This document shows, piece by piece, positions 1-14,260 of a stretch of 47,620 nucleotides of DNA. The notes under the pieces were generated by a model. That model made no database searches. It was not told the origin of the DNA and was given only the letters and a program-made list of their open reading frames with translations. Position numbers and translations under genes: made by a program. The stretch comes from Octopus sinensis (lineage: Eukaryota): NCBI RefSeq assembly GCF_006345805.1, contig NW_021834536.1, positions 1 to 47,620 of the forward strand, given 5' to 3'. Each line of letters begins with the position of its first letter. The stretch's first letter is position 1.

Positions 1-1207
1 CATTCCACACATTAGAGTAATTAGCCTTCTATTTCGTATTCGTCACCCGCTACATGTTCGCCAAACGCCTGCGTTCCAGTCTAATCTTATTTATTGTTTA
101 GTTTAATACTCTGTTATGTTTTGTTAGAAATACCATCGCTGCTGTGACCATCGATGCTTCTAGACTCTCTTGTTCTTTGTTATTTGGTAGTTGTTAATAC
201 CGTTATTTTTTTTTTTTCATTGCGGCATTTATATTTTGAAGTCAGCCATGATCGATAAAAAATAGGAAACAAAACCACAGAGAAAAACCATTAATTGATA
301 ACACAACTTACGCAGAATTCCACAAAAAAAATAAAGGCAAGAAAACGATAAGAATGGTAATGGAATTATTGTTAATAGTAAAATATAAACCTAGAATTAA
401 CGAACAACTACAGCTTATTGTAATAAATCATAGCAGTCGATGAATGCCTGAAATAACTAGGTTAAAATTTTAAATCTAGCGTTGAAGATATTAACTCTAC
501 GAACGTTATAACTCTGACTGATGACTGTAAAATGTGGCAATCAATGATGATTCTAAAAGCCACTTGGAGATGGCAAGGCTGACAGGGTCCAGAAAGGTTG
601 ATGGCGTGTAAAAGATTAGCGTTGATAGAGAATTTTAATGTGGAAATAAATTTAAATAAAGGGTAACATTAAACTTAATCATATTCATGGATTCAATGTC
701 ACAAGCTTGAAAAATATCCGTCCGCCTACACGTGTGTGTGTGTGACTGTGTGTATACATACATACACACACACACACATACACACACACATATATATGAT
801 AAATGAGAAAATGTATAGTAAAAGCACAAACGGAAAGTAAAAAAACGTATAATGAATGCACAGGCGAACGGAAAGAACGTGCTGAAGACAGACACAGGTG
901 GTTCCTAATTTTTCACACATTAGAGATATGGGCTAAGCAAGGTTTTATAACAGGTCACCAAGTAAGCCTCTGACTCTGATCATGTGTCCTTAAAGTCTAA
1001 AGATTGCTCTGAGACACTAGACGTGATATTAAGACCTACGAAGATAGGATGTCCAGTGGATGAAACTATCAGTAGCTCAAAACTATATACTGTGTATATA
1101 TATTTATCTCTCACCGGAGGTCTACCACTTTTGTTGAACTTACAATCACGGAACAGTACGCTCTCGCCCCCTCTCTCTCTCTCTCTCTGTATATATATAT
1201 ATATATA

Positions 1208-1431
1208 TTACTACCCACAAGGGATTAAACACAGAGAGGACAAACAAGGACAGACAAACGGATTAAGTCGATTATATCGACCCCAGTGCGTAACTGGTAC
1301 TTATTTAATCGACCCCGAAAGAATGAAAGGCAAAGTCGACCTCGGCGGAATTTGAACTCAGAATGTGAAGACAGACGAAATATCGCTAAGCATTCCGTCC
1401 GGTGTGCTAAAGATTCTGCCAGCTCGCCGCC

Positions 1432-1433
<2 letters not shown>
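1208..1433 (-). mobile_element. tRNA-derived SINE, family 1 (Nin/Deu-like central domain), tail type A, near full length
   Basis: Minus strand: A-box-like tggcagaatc, B-box gagttcaaattcc, central gtcgactttgcctttcattctttcggggtcgat, tail gtttgtctgtccttgtttgtcc; homologous to about 10 other copies in the window. Nin/Deu resemblance is from memory. Confidence 0.9.
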
Positions 1434-1469
<36 letters not shown>

Positions 1470-1501
1470 CATATATATATATTACATATATATATTACAT
1501 A

Positions 1502-1560
<59 letters not shown>

Positions 1561-2180
1561 ATATATGTTTGTGTGTGTGTGTGCTTACTTTATTATTAAA
1601 GCTGCCAAGACATCACAAATTATCCCGAAAAACTTACTCAGAGTTTCACCTTCGCGTTCGTCGGGCAATTAAGATCAAAAATTGAATAAAAATTCTGATT
1701 GTACGTATAATGTATATTTTGATATGATTCAAATTGACAGATACACAATTGAATTTGATTGGTTGATTTCACAAATAGTCTTTCAGAAGTGTGCAACATG
1801 AGGCAGTGAAGATAAAATAGAAAATAAAAATGCATAAATACCGTGTTGTATATAATCGAAAAACAGCTTGAGTCGGGAGAAAATTATGCATGCCCAGAAT
1901 AGATTAATTAATGATGAATAACTGAATAATTAATTAAAAGAAATGTAAGTTTGTTTTATAAATTTTCAACCCATGGACGTTAAGAAAACGCTAACGAATT
2001 TCTTTTATATATGCAACGCATATACACACATACATATAAACATACCCGTTCAAATAACTATATACATATACATGCATATAGATATACATACACACAAATA
2101 TACACACACATACAGAAATACATATATACACATAGGCATACATACAAATAGATACGCACATAAATACACCACACACACAC

Positions 2181-2214
<34 letters not shown>

Positions 2215-2912
2215 GAAGTTTCAAATGGAAGCGGTTGTTCTTTCATAGGGATGTGCTTTATCCAAGCGTACACCGGTTTAGCTCCAATATCGATTAATAT
2301 GCTTTGGATTTCACTAATTTGTGCTAGGGTTAGTGTTAACACTTATGAATTTCCAGTTGTCGTTATAGATGTTTTCGTCTATTCCATATAGGAGAACATA
2401 ATCTGAATAATATAAGGAAAACGGAGAGTTTGAACACAGAAAATAAATGTATTTATTTACATAATAGACAATATGATATAGCCTACGTACGTTTCTATTG
2501 CTTATGATCGTTCATATTTTGTAATTAAGATTGCATTATGCATTCAAAAGGTAAGAATCTCTTCAGGGCAAAAATTGAGAAATTGTGTGTGTGTGCATTT
2601 GTGTTTGTTAGCATGTGTGTCTTTTGGAATCCTTTCAAAAAGGAATTCAAAAGACACACATACTGGCAATTACAAAAGCATGCTGTTATCGCACTCTGTA
2701 AGCAACACCCCATCCATTAGTATGTGAACGAAAATTTGACCATTTTTGAAGAGTTTTTTTACTTTTTCAATGCATAATGCAATCGTAAATGCAAAATATG
2801 AATGAAGGTAAGAAATTAGAACGCACGTAGGCGATATGAAATTGACTATTATATACATAAATTGATTTTTTCCTCTGTTCAAAATTCACCATTTTCCTTA
2901 TATTTTATACAT

Positions 2913-2966
<54 letters not shown>

Positions 2967-3383
2967 GTACATATTTATTTATACGCACACGCAAGCATAT
3001 ACTTACATATATACTTACGCACATTATAATCAAACAATATGCTTCCATATATATGCAAATACATACGAAAGGCGAGGAGATACATACATAATAAATATAT
3101 ACATGCATATGCGTATATACATACGGCTCCATGCATAAGTATGTGCGTATAGACACTCGTATATACATTATACGTGGCAAACAAAAGCCAGACATATATA
3201 TTAAGATCTACAAACTTATATCGTTGTATTTAGGAATGGTCATATATATATATATATATATATACTGGAGCTAAAAGCTACAGTAGCATCAACTGTTAAG
3301 GGTTAGCCACATTTGGGTGGCAAATATACTTCACGATGTCGTGCGGCTACTGTTTATACTTCGCTCAGAGATTTATTATTGCT

Positions 3384-3455
<72 letters not shown>

Positions 3456-4059
3456 AGGAGTGATATAATATCCAGGCAAATTCCGAATTTCTCTGTAAAA
3501 TGCCAAGGCCGGTTCCCTCTGACGGTACATTTGAAGGTAAATATCCTTTCGCTTCCATCCGATGTTGCTATTTTTTCCAGGCTACTTAGAGTGTAAATAT
3601 AATATTGATAATCAGGAGAATGAAGAATTTGAACATTCAAACTTTATGCTTATTAATATTTGGATTATTCATAATAATTGTCCCACACAAAAGTACGATC
3701 AAAATAAACCAGTTCAACTCCTTTCAATACAAAAAACAAATAGCCTCTCGTTCAATTCGATATTACGGACTCCTACCCAATCTTAAAACAGGACCTCCCT
3801 TTAATACCATTATCTTAAACCATCCAGTTCTCATATCTCCGAGTAAGACAATGCTCTCTACATACCAAAGTAAGGCTTCTCATCTGACGGCATTATTTGA
3901 ATATCAAAAGATTCCAACGAAACTTTTGACGTCAGCATGACGTCAGACTCTGTCAAGGTAAGAGGCGTTGTTTAATGTGCAATGTATACCGTAGGTTCCT
4001 ATAATTCGATGGAGTCTTCTGCACAAAGAATGTACTCCTGGCCCTCAAATCTTAAAGTG

Positions 4060-4345
4060 TGCAGCCACTGAAAAATTTGGAAAAGACTTGACCACGTGCG
4101 AAAAATATTCTGCTTTAATATCAGAATGAACGCTAACAGAAAATAAATTGGGGACTTCTTATGCGTCAACCTGACATTTAACAACTCCTGATTAAAAACA
4201 CTATATAAACACCGAATACAGACACTGAAGCCGAACAACTACACTCTATTCTCAAAAAGTACATCAGAAACATATAACTCTTTAAATCATCCTACAAAGA
4301 GTCTTATTTTACCAACAGTGTACACCCAACAATGCCTCAAGACTC
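4060..4345 (+). mobile_element. Degenerate Penelope-like reverse transcriptase C-terminal fragment
   Basis: Interrupted translation FNIRMNANRK*IGDFLCVNLTFNNS, YINTE and a frameshifted NNA-LKDS resemble the PLE RT thumb region (ITIEANKKIVDFLDVTLNL...YIN...YNNALKxSG); stops and frameshifts present. Confidence 0.5.
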
Positions 4346-4394
4346 TTTGGAGTTAAAATTAATCTCAACAAACCATAATCCTAGTTCCAACAAT

Positions 4395-4690
4395 TAATCC
4401 GGAGTCAACGGGTTTGACATTGTTATCAAAGACAGAATGGATAGGAGATGCATTCGAATTGACATTGCAATAGCAACAGAAAGAAACGCTCCTGCAAAGG
4501 TCACAAAAAAATAGACCCAGTAGGAAACCTCAAGGTCGAAATCAACAGGATGTAGAATAAACCGAAAGAGTAAAAGTGGAATTAGGAGCTGACAGACCCA
4601 GAAGATCGACAAATGGCAAACTTCGAATGTGTGGTATATCGAGATTAAAACCTGCCGCATCTAATAGCATATATTCCTTATTATAACTAA
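4395..4690 (+). mobile_element. R4/Dong-clade non-LTR retrotransposon, restriction-like endonuclease (REL) fragment
   Basis: GVNGFDIVIKDRMDRRCIRIDIAIATERN from 4401 and LKVEINRM* at 4529-4555 match the RPDIV...C..ID.AIP...KY.DL..EI.RMW pattern; in-frame stops. Confidence 0.7.
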
Positions 4691-4750
4691 AAGTTCCTTC
4701 TCATAAGATACACCATCATGTTATCATTTTTATTCTTACTATTTCATGAC

Positions 4751-4935
4751 GGCGGCGATCTGGCATAATCGTTAGCAGGGTTTGTTTTGCGGAATAATTA
4801 AGGTTTGAGTTCATATTTCGCCGCGGTCGATTTTGCCTCTCAAGCTTTCGGGGTCTATAAAATACCCGTCGATTATCGCAACTGAATTGCCCTCTCCTAT
4901 AATGCTGATTGCCTTGTAACAAAATGCGAAGCCAC
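4751..4935 (+). mobile_element. SINE family 1, degenerate copy
   Basis: ggcggcgatctggcataatcgttagc head, gagttcatatttcgccg B-box region, gctttcggggtc central domain. Confidence 0.75.
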
Positions 4936-5761
4936 TGTTGTGGTCGTTGTCGTCATCATCTACAGAATTAGTTTTTGGGATAAATTATTTACAAAGGTAC
5001 GAAACAACAACAAGCGCTTTCCTAAACAGCTTTCTTTAAAATAAAACAAAGGTTTCTTTAGAATACGTCAGAGTCTTGAATACGAATGAAAGTTTCATAA
5101 AACACAGCTGAATGTCAATGAGATTCTATCGTTGTTTTCGTTATTAACCCCCCTGTTGCTATTGTCGATAATAATGTTTCAACTCGGAGGAAATGGTATA
5201 ATGCTGTTTGGTTTTCATACTCAGTTTGTATGTTTATTTTTTGGTAGGGGATGGGGTGTTGGTGTTAAAGGGGGGAGGTGTGGTGGGGTTCTTTGTCGAT
5301 TTCGTTCGGCGAAATTGATTTTAGATAAAGGAATATTACACGACTTATGAGGATTTGAAAATACTTTTAGCTTGGTGTTTCAAAACATATATAACTGTAT
5401 GACGAGTGTTGAAAGAAACAGATCAACGCTGATAATAATAATAGCAACAACAATAAGAAGAACAACAACAATAATAGTAATAATAACAAATATTAATAAC
5501 AACAACGACAACAACATTAATAACAGTGTATACAAAGAAAGAGAAGTATAAAACAAAAAATGATCAAAAGGTGTTATATATCTTCTGTTTCCCCGGTCAA
5601 TTTCCATATTGAAAGAGAAGCAATTTAAAACATAACGTGCTACGTGATGCTATTTGATTTATACATACACGTATGTGTGTGTTGCGTGAGTGTGTTTATA
5701 TGAATATATATATATCCGTGTGTGTATATGTATATATATATATATATATATGGTGGTAGAT

Positions 5762-5804
<43 letters not shown>

Positions 5805-5957
5805 ATACATATACGTATATGGGGAAAGTGTACGAGAGTTTATCTGGTTTGCGTGGTCGTATATTCTGTAGTAGTTAAGGCTATATGTATATAGATATGA
5901 GTATATACATGTATGTGCGTACGTATGGGCATATGCATGTATATTTGAGATAGATTA

Positions 5958-6446
<489 letters not shown>

Positions 6447-7599
6447 GGAGTAAATGTTGAATTGAGCAAATGTTATATGAAACGTTTGCGTGTCTGTGGT
6501 TGTGCCTTTGTGCATCGCCTGTGTTTCTCTTGTCTGTTGAACGAGTGGACAGTGTCCGGCATACGTATCTATAAATCACTAAAACTGTCGGCACATTTGT
6601 ACGCTTCTACGTGTGTGTGTGTGTTTGTGTATGTATATATACATATATGGCTTAGTGTGTCTGTGTGTGTGTGTGTGTGTCGGTATGTGTGCGTTTGATG
6701 TTCAACTATTCAGAAAAGCATTACACACGAAAAGGAATTTTATGAAGACAATAAAGAAATTGCGATAAAATCTTTTACTTTTTTTATTAAAGAATTGATT
6801 TTTATCTTAGACTTTCTTTAACAACCATTTTAAAAAGACTTTTCCTTTCTTACTTGTTGTTTTGGCTGTTTTCGATTTTTATTGCGTTGAAGGAGGAGAT
6901 TTATCTATGAAAGCAAAAAAAATAATAAAAAAGAAAGTCGGATATTGTAATCGTGGCTTTTTCCTTTCATACACTTGACTCCAAACTGACCTGATTGGAG
7001 GTTAAATGTCGTGTTTGCAACTCAAACTAATCTTAGCACACATACTCTGTTTATTCAGACAATTTTGTAAAATAAAGATGGCAGTAGGCATGAAGTGATA
7101 AAATATCTGTGTGTGTGAGAATTTAAAAGGGGGATGGATTAGTGGTGTGGTGAGGGGTGAAGGCGAGGTTAAGTATCTTAGTGGAGCGATGAAGATATCA
7201 CTATGGTTCAGTTATAAAGTGGAAAGAGTTATGGAGTGGTAGGTGGAGGGGTTGAAACGGGTGGATCGATGAGGGTGGCAGGATACTGACTATGGTAGAA
7301 CGATGCGGCTGATGATAATGTTGGATTGGTGAGGAATTGTGGAATAGTGGAAGAAAACCCATCCAAATAAAAAAAAAAACGGATATAAAGATGACCACAA
7401 CCTTTCACTTCATCTTAGAGGCTGTGTCTATAACCGTAGATGATGCAACCAAATCCGTCATCAAAAATCCCATACAAAATATTTAGGGAAAAACACTACT
7501 GCATGCGCATTCGATTTAGTTCTTCCGGATCTACGCCTATGGTCAGCATCTTGTCCATCATTTGCTTCCGAAAATAGTCAAAACTGCATCCTCGTAGAC

Positions 7600-8498
7600 A
7601 CTAACACCACTTCTTAATGTGAGGACGTAAAGCCGTGCATGACCACAACCACTGACGTGAAAATTCAATAAGCTCGAAAGGTGGTCCTAGCGAACCGACG
7701 TGTGGCCATCGATGAAGTAAAATATTCTCAGTGCAAATGCATCATGGTTCTGCATGCGAAGTTATCCACGAGCAGCTTCACTTCCATAAAGCCTGTGCGA
7801 GATGGGTTCCAAGAAAGCTTACCGAATCGTATAAACACTAATGTGTAGTGCCTTGTCACCGCCTATTCAACCGCTTTCAGCTAAAATTCAAAAGACAGTG
7901 TATGGAGTGAAAATACCCGGAATTGCCAGTGAAAATAAAATTGAAGTCACAACCTTCTGCAGAAAAAGGATGCTAAGCGTTTTTTGAGAATGCAAAATAG
8001 CCTATTCCGGAATATTATTTGTAAAATGGGTCTAAGTCGGTAGTGTAGGCTACAGAGAAATGCTGGCCAACAAACTGAAAATAACAATTCTCACGAAATA
8101 TCGAGGTCTGTTGTCAAATCAAGCGTTATTGTTGCACAAGACTACACACCCAAATACGACCACCCTGAAAGAAACCATTCAAAATTGGATTGCGAGTTGC
8201 AGTCCAAATACAGTCCAGATCTCGCCCCTTCTGATTATGCTCTCTTTAGGTCACTCAAACATACTTTACAAGATTGTCGATTTGCTACGGAAGAAGCAGC
8301 GCATGAAGCGGTGCATAAATGGCGACGCGAGAAGACGAAAACCCTTCCCCGAGGAAATAATTAATCTTGTGCACTGCCGGAAGAAGTGCATGGAAAATCA
8401 AGGAGATTAAGTCGGAAAATGATGTTGTTCAACCAACAGATTTTGTTCTAATAAATTACACAAACAAGTGAGCAATATATATTTAACTTACCCTCGTA
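7600..8498 (+). mobile_element. Degenerate mariner transposon (transposase pseudogene plus right terminus)
   Basis: ARWVPRKL at 7797-7820, YSPDLAPSDYALFRSLK from 8209, C-terminal LVHCRKKCMENQGD, terminus ttaacttaccctcg followed by TA at 8497-8498; many stops and frameshifts. Left boundary approximate. Confidence 0.9.
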
Positions 8499-8729
8499 TC
8501 AGCCATATAATAGAAATTGATATTGTCAAATGCAGATGAGGAAGATGATTTCCTTTCTGATAGGAATTGGATGATGAAAGTAAACTAGAAGACCATCTAC
8601 GACAACGACATCAACAACAATAATGAGTCATAAGACTTAGAAGTGAAATAACAAATATCATTTGTACTTTTAATATCTTCAGGTTTGGTATCGCAGAATC
8701 ATGATAGAAACAGAGTCGTTATAATCATT

Positions 8730-8855
8730 GACACACACACACACATACTTACATACATACATATCTACATACATTCATATGTATACACACAAGCATACAT
8801 ATATACGTAGTATGTATACATGAACAGACATAACGCATACATAAACATATACATG

Positions 8856-8901
<46 letters not shown>

Positions 8902-9511
8902 CATACATATATACACGTTCACAAATATTCATATATAAACACATGGATACATACATAGAAAATAAATAAAGACAAATGTCGATACAGACATACGCATGCG
9001 CAGTTATCCCCTCCCCCTCTCAATAGTAGAGCAGAGTTGAAAAAGTTACAGGCTTCGGTAGCCCCCACCCAGCCCCCTTGCTTTAAACGAGAACAATATT
9101 TGAAACACGTTCTTTTATGTATAGACATGTGTCAGAATGTGCGCGAGTGTGTGGGAGTGTGTGAGTGTGTATGTGTGTGTATGAATGTAACACGCTACAT
9201 ACAGACACACGTATGCACACAGATGTTTGCATGCATTATGTAGGCATATACAAACACAAATACACATATATACATGTATATATATATATATATATACACA
9301 CACATACACACCAACCTACATGCCTGTATGCATACATAGTTATATATATACACATACCTGCATACATATATACGTGTGTGTGTGTGTATATATATATACA
9401 TATATGTATATATATATACATATATAAATATATGTATATATATAAATATAATAAATATATATGTATATATAAATATATATGTACATATATATAAATATAT
9501 GTATATATATA

Positions 9512-9566
<55 letters not shown>

Positions 9567-9714
9567 GTGTGTATGTATATATATATATGTGTGTGTGTAT
9601 ATATGTATATATATGTGTGTGTATATATATATATATATATGTGTGTGTGTGGTGTGTGTGTGTGTGTCTATAAATATATGTGTATATATATATTTGTATA
9701 TATGTGTGCGTGTG

Positions 9715-9770
<56 letters not shown>

Positions 9771-9794
9771 TATATGTATATGTGTGTATATATA

Positions 9795-9825
<31 letters not shown>

Positions 9826-10100
9826 GTGTGTGTATATATATATGTGTGTGTATATATATGTGTGTATATATATATTGTGTGTGTGTATGTATATATATAT
9901 TTATGTATATATATATATTTGTATATATATATGTGTGTGTGTGTATATATATTTATGTATATATTTATGTAGCTACGCACGCACACGATACACACACATA
10001 TTTATGTATATGTATATATAGATAATTATAGTCACATATTGATATAGCCACGCACATACACAGGCACACCGACAGACACACACTCGCACACACACATACA
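8730..10100. repeat. Compound (TA)n/(TG)n/(CA)n microsatellite field
   Basis: Directly visible; densest at 9376-10020. Confidence 0.95.
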
Positions 10101-10558
10101 TGAATAAAGAAACGCGTGTGCAGAATTTCTGTGAAGCCACAAAGGACTAATAGGGAAAATAATAGAAAAGCAACAATAAAAACAACAACAACAACGTAAC
10201 TATGGCAACGACTATGATGGAAACAATAACAACAAAGTGAAATGGAAATAGAACATAAGGTGTTTAATGACGATGATGATGATGATGATGATGATGATTT
10301 AAACAGTTAATTACAAAGATGGAAAATGTAAGATGGCGGATGTTAGATTAGGACAACAACAAGAACAACAGAAGCGACGGACAATGTAAGCAACAATACC
10401 AGTGTTACTATTGCATCTCAACAACAACCGTAGCAGCAGCGACTATAGTAACAATTACTGGAACATCGACTGTAGCATCATCATCATCGTCATCATCTGC
10501 ATCCCTGGGACACTTTGCGACAGAATTTCATTTGCATCTAGGGTTTTGTCCTTTTTGT

Positions 10559-10713
10559 AAGGCGGTGAGCTGGCAGAATCGTTAGCGCGCCGGGCGAAAT
10601 GCTTAGCGGGATTTCGTCTAAATTAAGTACCAGTTGCGTACTGAGTTCGATCTAATCTACTCGTCCCCTCTCCCAAAAATGTCGGACCTTGTGCCAAGAG
10701 TAGAAAAGAATAC
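10559..10713 (+). mobile_element. SINE family 1, internally deleted (B box and central domain missing), tail type B
   Basis: ggcggtgagctggcagaatcgttagc...atttcgtct joined directly to aaattaagtaccagt. Confidence 0.85.
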
Positions 10714-11935
10714 TTTGTCCTTATTGTCTCTATATCAGTGATGAGACGACGAGGTGTCTGTCCGTTTGTAGAGAAATGCCGGAGTCAGCCTTGACAGCTT
10801 CAGTTAGCGCACGAGCAGTGAGCGAACGTCAAACAACGGAGACCGACGCATTTAAAGCATCTCGTCTGCTGCTCTCACAATTCTACCAATCCACTATTCT
10901 GAGCTGTTAATTTATGGCACAGATGAAACTTGCAGCAGGATTCGAACTCAAATCAGGGAGTCTTGAAACAAATGATTGTGAAACATTCCAGCTGACGCTT
11001 TAAACACTGCGCAAGGATACCTTTAGAGGGAAAGGTATACACGAATGGAAGGGGCTACACGTACGGCTGTGTATGGGGCTCTCAAAACAATGGGTTTGTA
11101 GCAAGACCACTTCGCATTATCGTAAGCTTCTTCATAAGACTAGAGATTTACCTCTACAAATCAATGAAACACTCTTCAGTTTTAGAGTGCTGCCAATGCT
11201 TGCAGCAGAAACCTACCCCACACGGAATTGTAGGATCTTCTTTCTATGTTGTTGTTTAACTCGTATTGTTTATTATATTCCTTGTGATGTCTATCCGCGA
11301 TTACTGTATTATAATATTCTTGATATTAGAGAGGCAGTTCAATGAGTCGCATAGAGATATTACTGTCATTTAAATTTTCATCGAGCAACCACGTCGAGGT
11401 CCCACTATCGAAGATGACGTATTGAGGGTCAACCTGAAATTTTGTCGGTCGGAGCTTATAGAAACGATTGTTGACATAGGAAGAATTCCGCCGGGAATGA
11501 ATGATTAAGAGAATTTGAGTAAGCAGTTGTGGATATAAAGAGAGGCAGAGATTTTGCACCAGTTGTTCCAGGGTGGAGTTGATTCACAGTGGGAAAGAAT
11601 CCATTATAGCAACGACATAAATAAAATGAAAGAAGCGAACGTTTTTGAGAGTTATTATTTCGTTTTTAAGCATTGTCTTTTACAAAAGGGACAATCAGTC
11701 TCTCAGACTTATAGGATAGGAGGACCGCAGAAACTTCTCTTCAAACCACAAACTCTGGGCCGAATGTTTATGAGAGAGAGAGAAAGGAGGAGAGAGAGAG
11801 AGAATGATACAAGTAAACAAAGAAGACCGTTCCATATCCATGAACATTTTTTAAAACTTGTACAAGATCAGTAATTGACGAAGACGGTGCATCGTCTGGC
11901 TATGAATTGGTAGCCCTTTCACAGAACCTGTGTCT

Positions 11936-12160
11936 CAGTAAGCTTGATTTTCAGTAAGCTGTTGGTTTTGTGAACCACGGAGGCAGTGCTTCAGTAAGCC
12001 AATGTTCCGGTGAGCCGGTGTTTCATTGAACCAGTATCTCACTAAGCTGGTGTTTTGTTGATCCAGCGTTTCACTAATCTAATGGTTCAGTGAGCTAAGA
12101 ATCCAGTGAGCACAGAGGTAGTGTTTCTTTGGTGCAATGAGCCGGTCTTTCAGAGAACTC
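11936..12160 (+). repeat. Degenerate minisatellite, about 16-bp unit (consensus near cagtgagccggtgttt)
   Basis: Successive units cagtaagccaatgttc, cggtgagccggtgttt, cattgaaccagtatct, cactaagctggtgttt, ... cagtgagctaagaatc. Confidence 0.7.
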
Positions 12161-12718
12161 ATAGTTTTATAAGCCACGAGTAATCCTACTTTCTGGTTCA
12201 AAATCGGAACGTTCTTTTACCATTTTCTGTTCAATATTTCCATATTTAGATATAAAACCATTATTAAACCCCTCCCCAAAATTTTACGGATCATGTTTTC
12301 AACAGAAACCTTCACGAGGTATTTGTTATTATTATTATTGTTTCATTGAAATATATTTCTATCTCTTTATACTTAAGTCTTGTTTATATAATTTTACGCC
12401 AAAGAGCAATTAGGAATAATATATTTAAATGGCTGCATTGAGTTATATTTAATTAGATGAAAATCATTCGCCAAATTACCCACATCATTAGAGATGAAAT
12501 AATATTCAATATTTACATATTCTGTGAGTTACAACTGGATACCAAACAGAGCGAAACATAGTCGAGATGTAAATATTGGAAATCTGCGTATTTCTAAAGA
12601 TTTGATTAATTGTCTGACAAATTGCGATCTAATAAAACTCGGACACCTCTATTGCAATTTATGTCGGACTTGTAAATATATGCTACCGCCCTACATATCT
12701 ACCAACCCGCTAACCTAT

Positions 12719-13428
12719 ACACACACACACACACAGATATGTGTATGTATGTTTGTATGTGCCTATGCATGTATATACAGATATAAATGTATGTATATAT
12801 GTATGTATATATATATGCATATATATGTATACATATATATATACATACATATATGCATATATATGTATATATATACATATATGCATATATATGTATATAT
12901 ATACATATATGCATATATATGTATATATATACATATATATACACATATATGCATATATATGTATACATATATATATATATATAATACATATATATATACA
13001 CATATATGCATATATATGTATACATATATATATATATACACACACATATATATGCATATATATGTATACATATATATATATAATTATATACACATATATG
13101 CATATATATGTATACATATATATATAATTATATACACATATATGCATATATATGTATACATATATATATAATTATATACACATATATGCATATATATATG
13201 TATATATATATACATATTTATATATATATACACATATATGCATACATATATATATACATATATATGTATACATCTATATACATATATATGTATACATATA
13301 CATATATATGTATACATATATATATATACGTATATATATATATATACGTATATATATATGCATATATATGTATACATATATATATATATATACATATATA
13401 TATACATGTGCACTTATATATATATATG
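12719..13428. repeat. AT-rich microsatellite field with 28-bp and 44-bp higher-order units
   Basis: Tandem acatatatgcatatatatgtatatatat and aattatatacacatatatgcatatatatgtatacatatatatat units. Confidence 0.92.
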
Positions 13429-14260
13429 TCTCAAAGTTCATAAGCCAGGAAAAAGATGCACTTGTATATCTGGGTATATTATACGGAGTGTACAGTATTA
13501 TATATCCAACACAACGGACTGTTAGGTAACAATCCGATTTTATAACCCTACACTTATGAATTGTTTTCAGGCGGTGTGTACTTCGAACTCCATTGCCCAA
13601 TGACACTTCTTCTAAACACTAGAGTAGATATATGGCTCCTAATTTTAACAGTGACTGATGCAAGGCGCATATCATCAGCTCGACTTTATGAAATCTATAA
13701 AGACCTGATGAACTCTCTATGGGTTGAATATCAGCAGACGTTGAAACTGTTCGGCGAGTAACTGGACGATCATCTCATTCATCTCACTGGAAGCTTACAA
13801 GTGTAGAGCACATTTTAAGAAAAGATCCAGTTTGGCTCTTTTATAAAGATAGCGGTGGTTTTAATGCAAAACTTACATTACAATAGTGCTTCTGTTGGAG
13901 GAGAAAATTATGTTTCCAGCAAACTAAGCATGAAATGCAAGGTTGGTTCTGAGTCGAAATATTATGCTTCCTCTTTTGTCTAGGATCTCCTGGTGGAGCC
14001 ACATTTCTTATCTCGGGCGTGATTTGAACTCTGACAGGAGTCATAACTAAATAGACAGCATCTTTTAACTATTCTGCTACCAAAGCGCCGTCTAGCGTTG
14101 ATCATTTTAAACATAAGAATACAAAGCACAAAAAGTATGAATGACATACACGCTTATAAGTCAATATATTCCTGTTACAGTCTCTTATAATCACCATCAT
14201 GACAACTACCTCCACTAAGATCATCATCATCATCATCATTATCTCTATCATGATTATCAC

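Noticed and set aside
7164-7180. cgaggttaagt as left TIR of the 7600-8498 mariner
   Set aside because: Only a short partial match, no TA in front, and the intervening 7200-7400 sequence does not look mariner-derived.
9195-10025. Long YI/CV/HT-rich ORFs (also 12524-13606, 33666-34563, 40880-41713, 43717-44186)
   Set aside because: Dinucleotide microsatellite translation in several overlapping frames.
11330-11600. Possible LINE (CR1/L2-like) 3' fragment on the minus strand
   Set aside because: Only a vague remembered resemblance; no diagnostic protein motif readable, so not listed as a feature.
13705-13730. CTGATGA followed by a weak stem
   Set aside because: GAAT instead of GAAA and no stem I or III.
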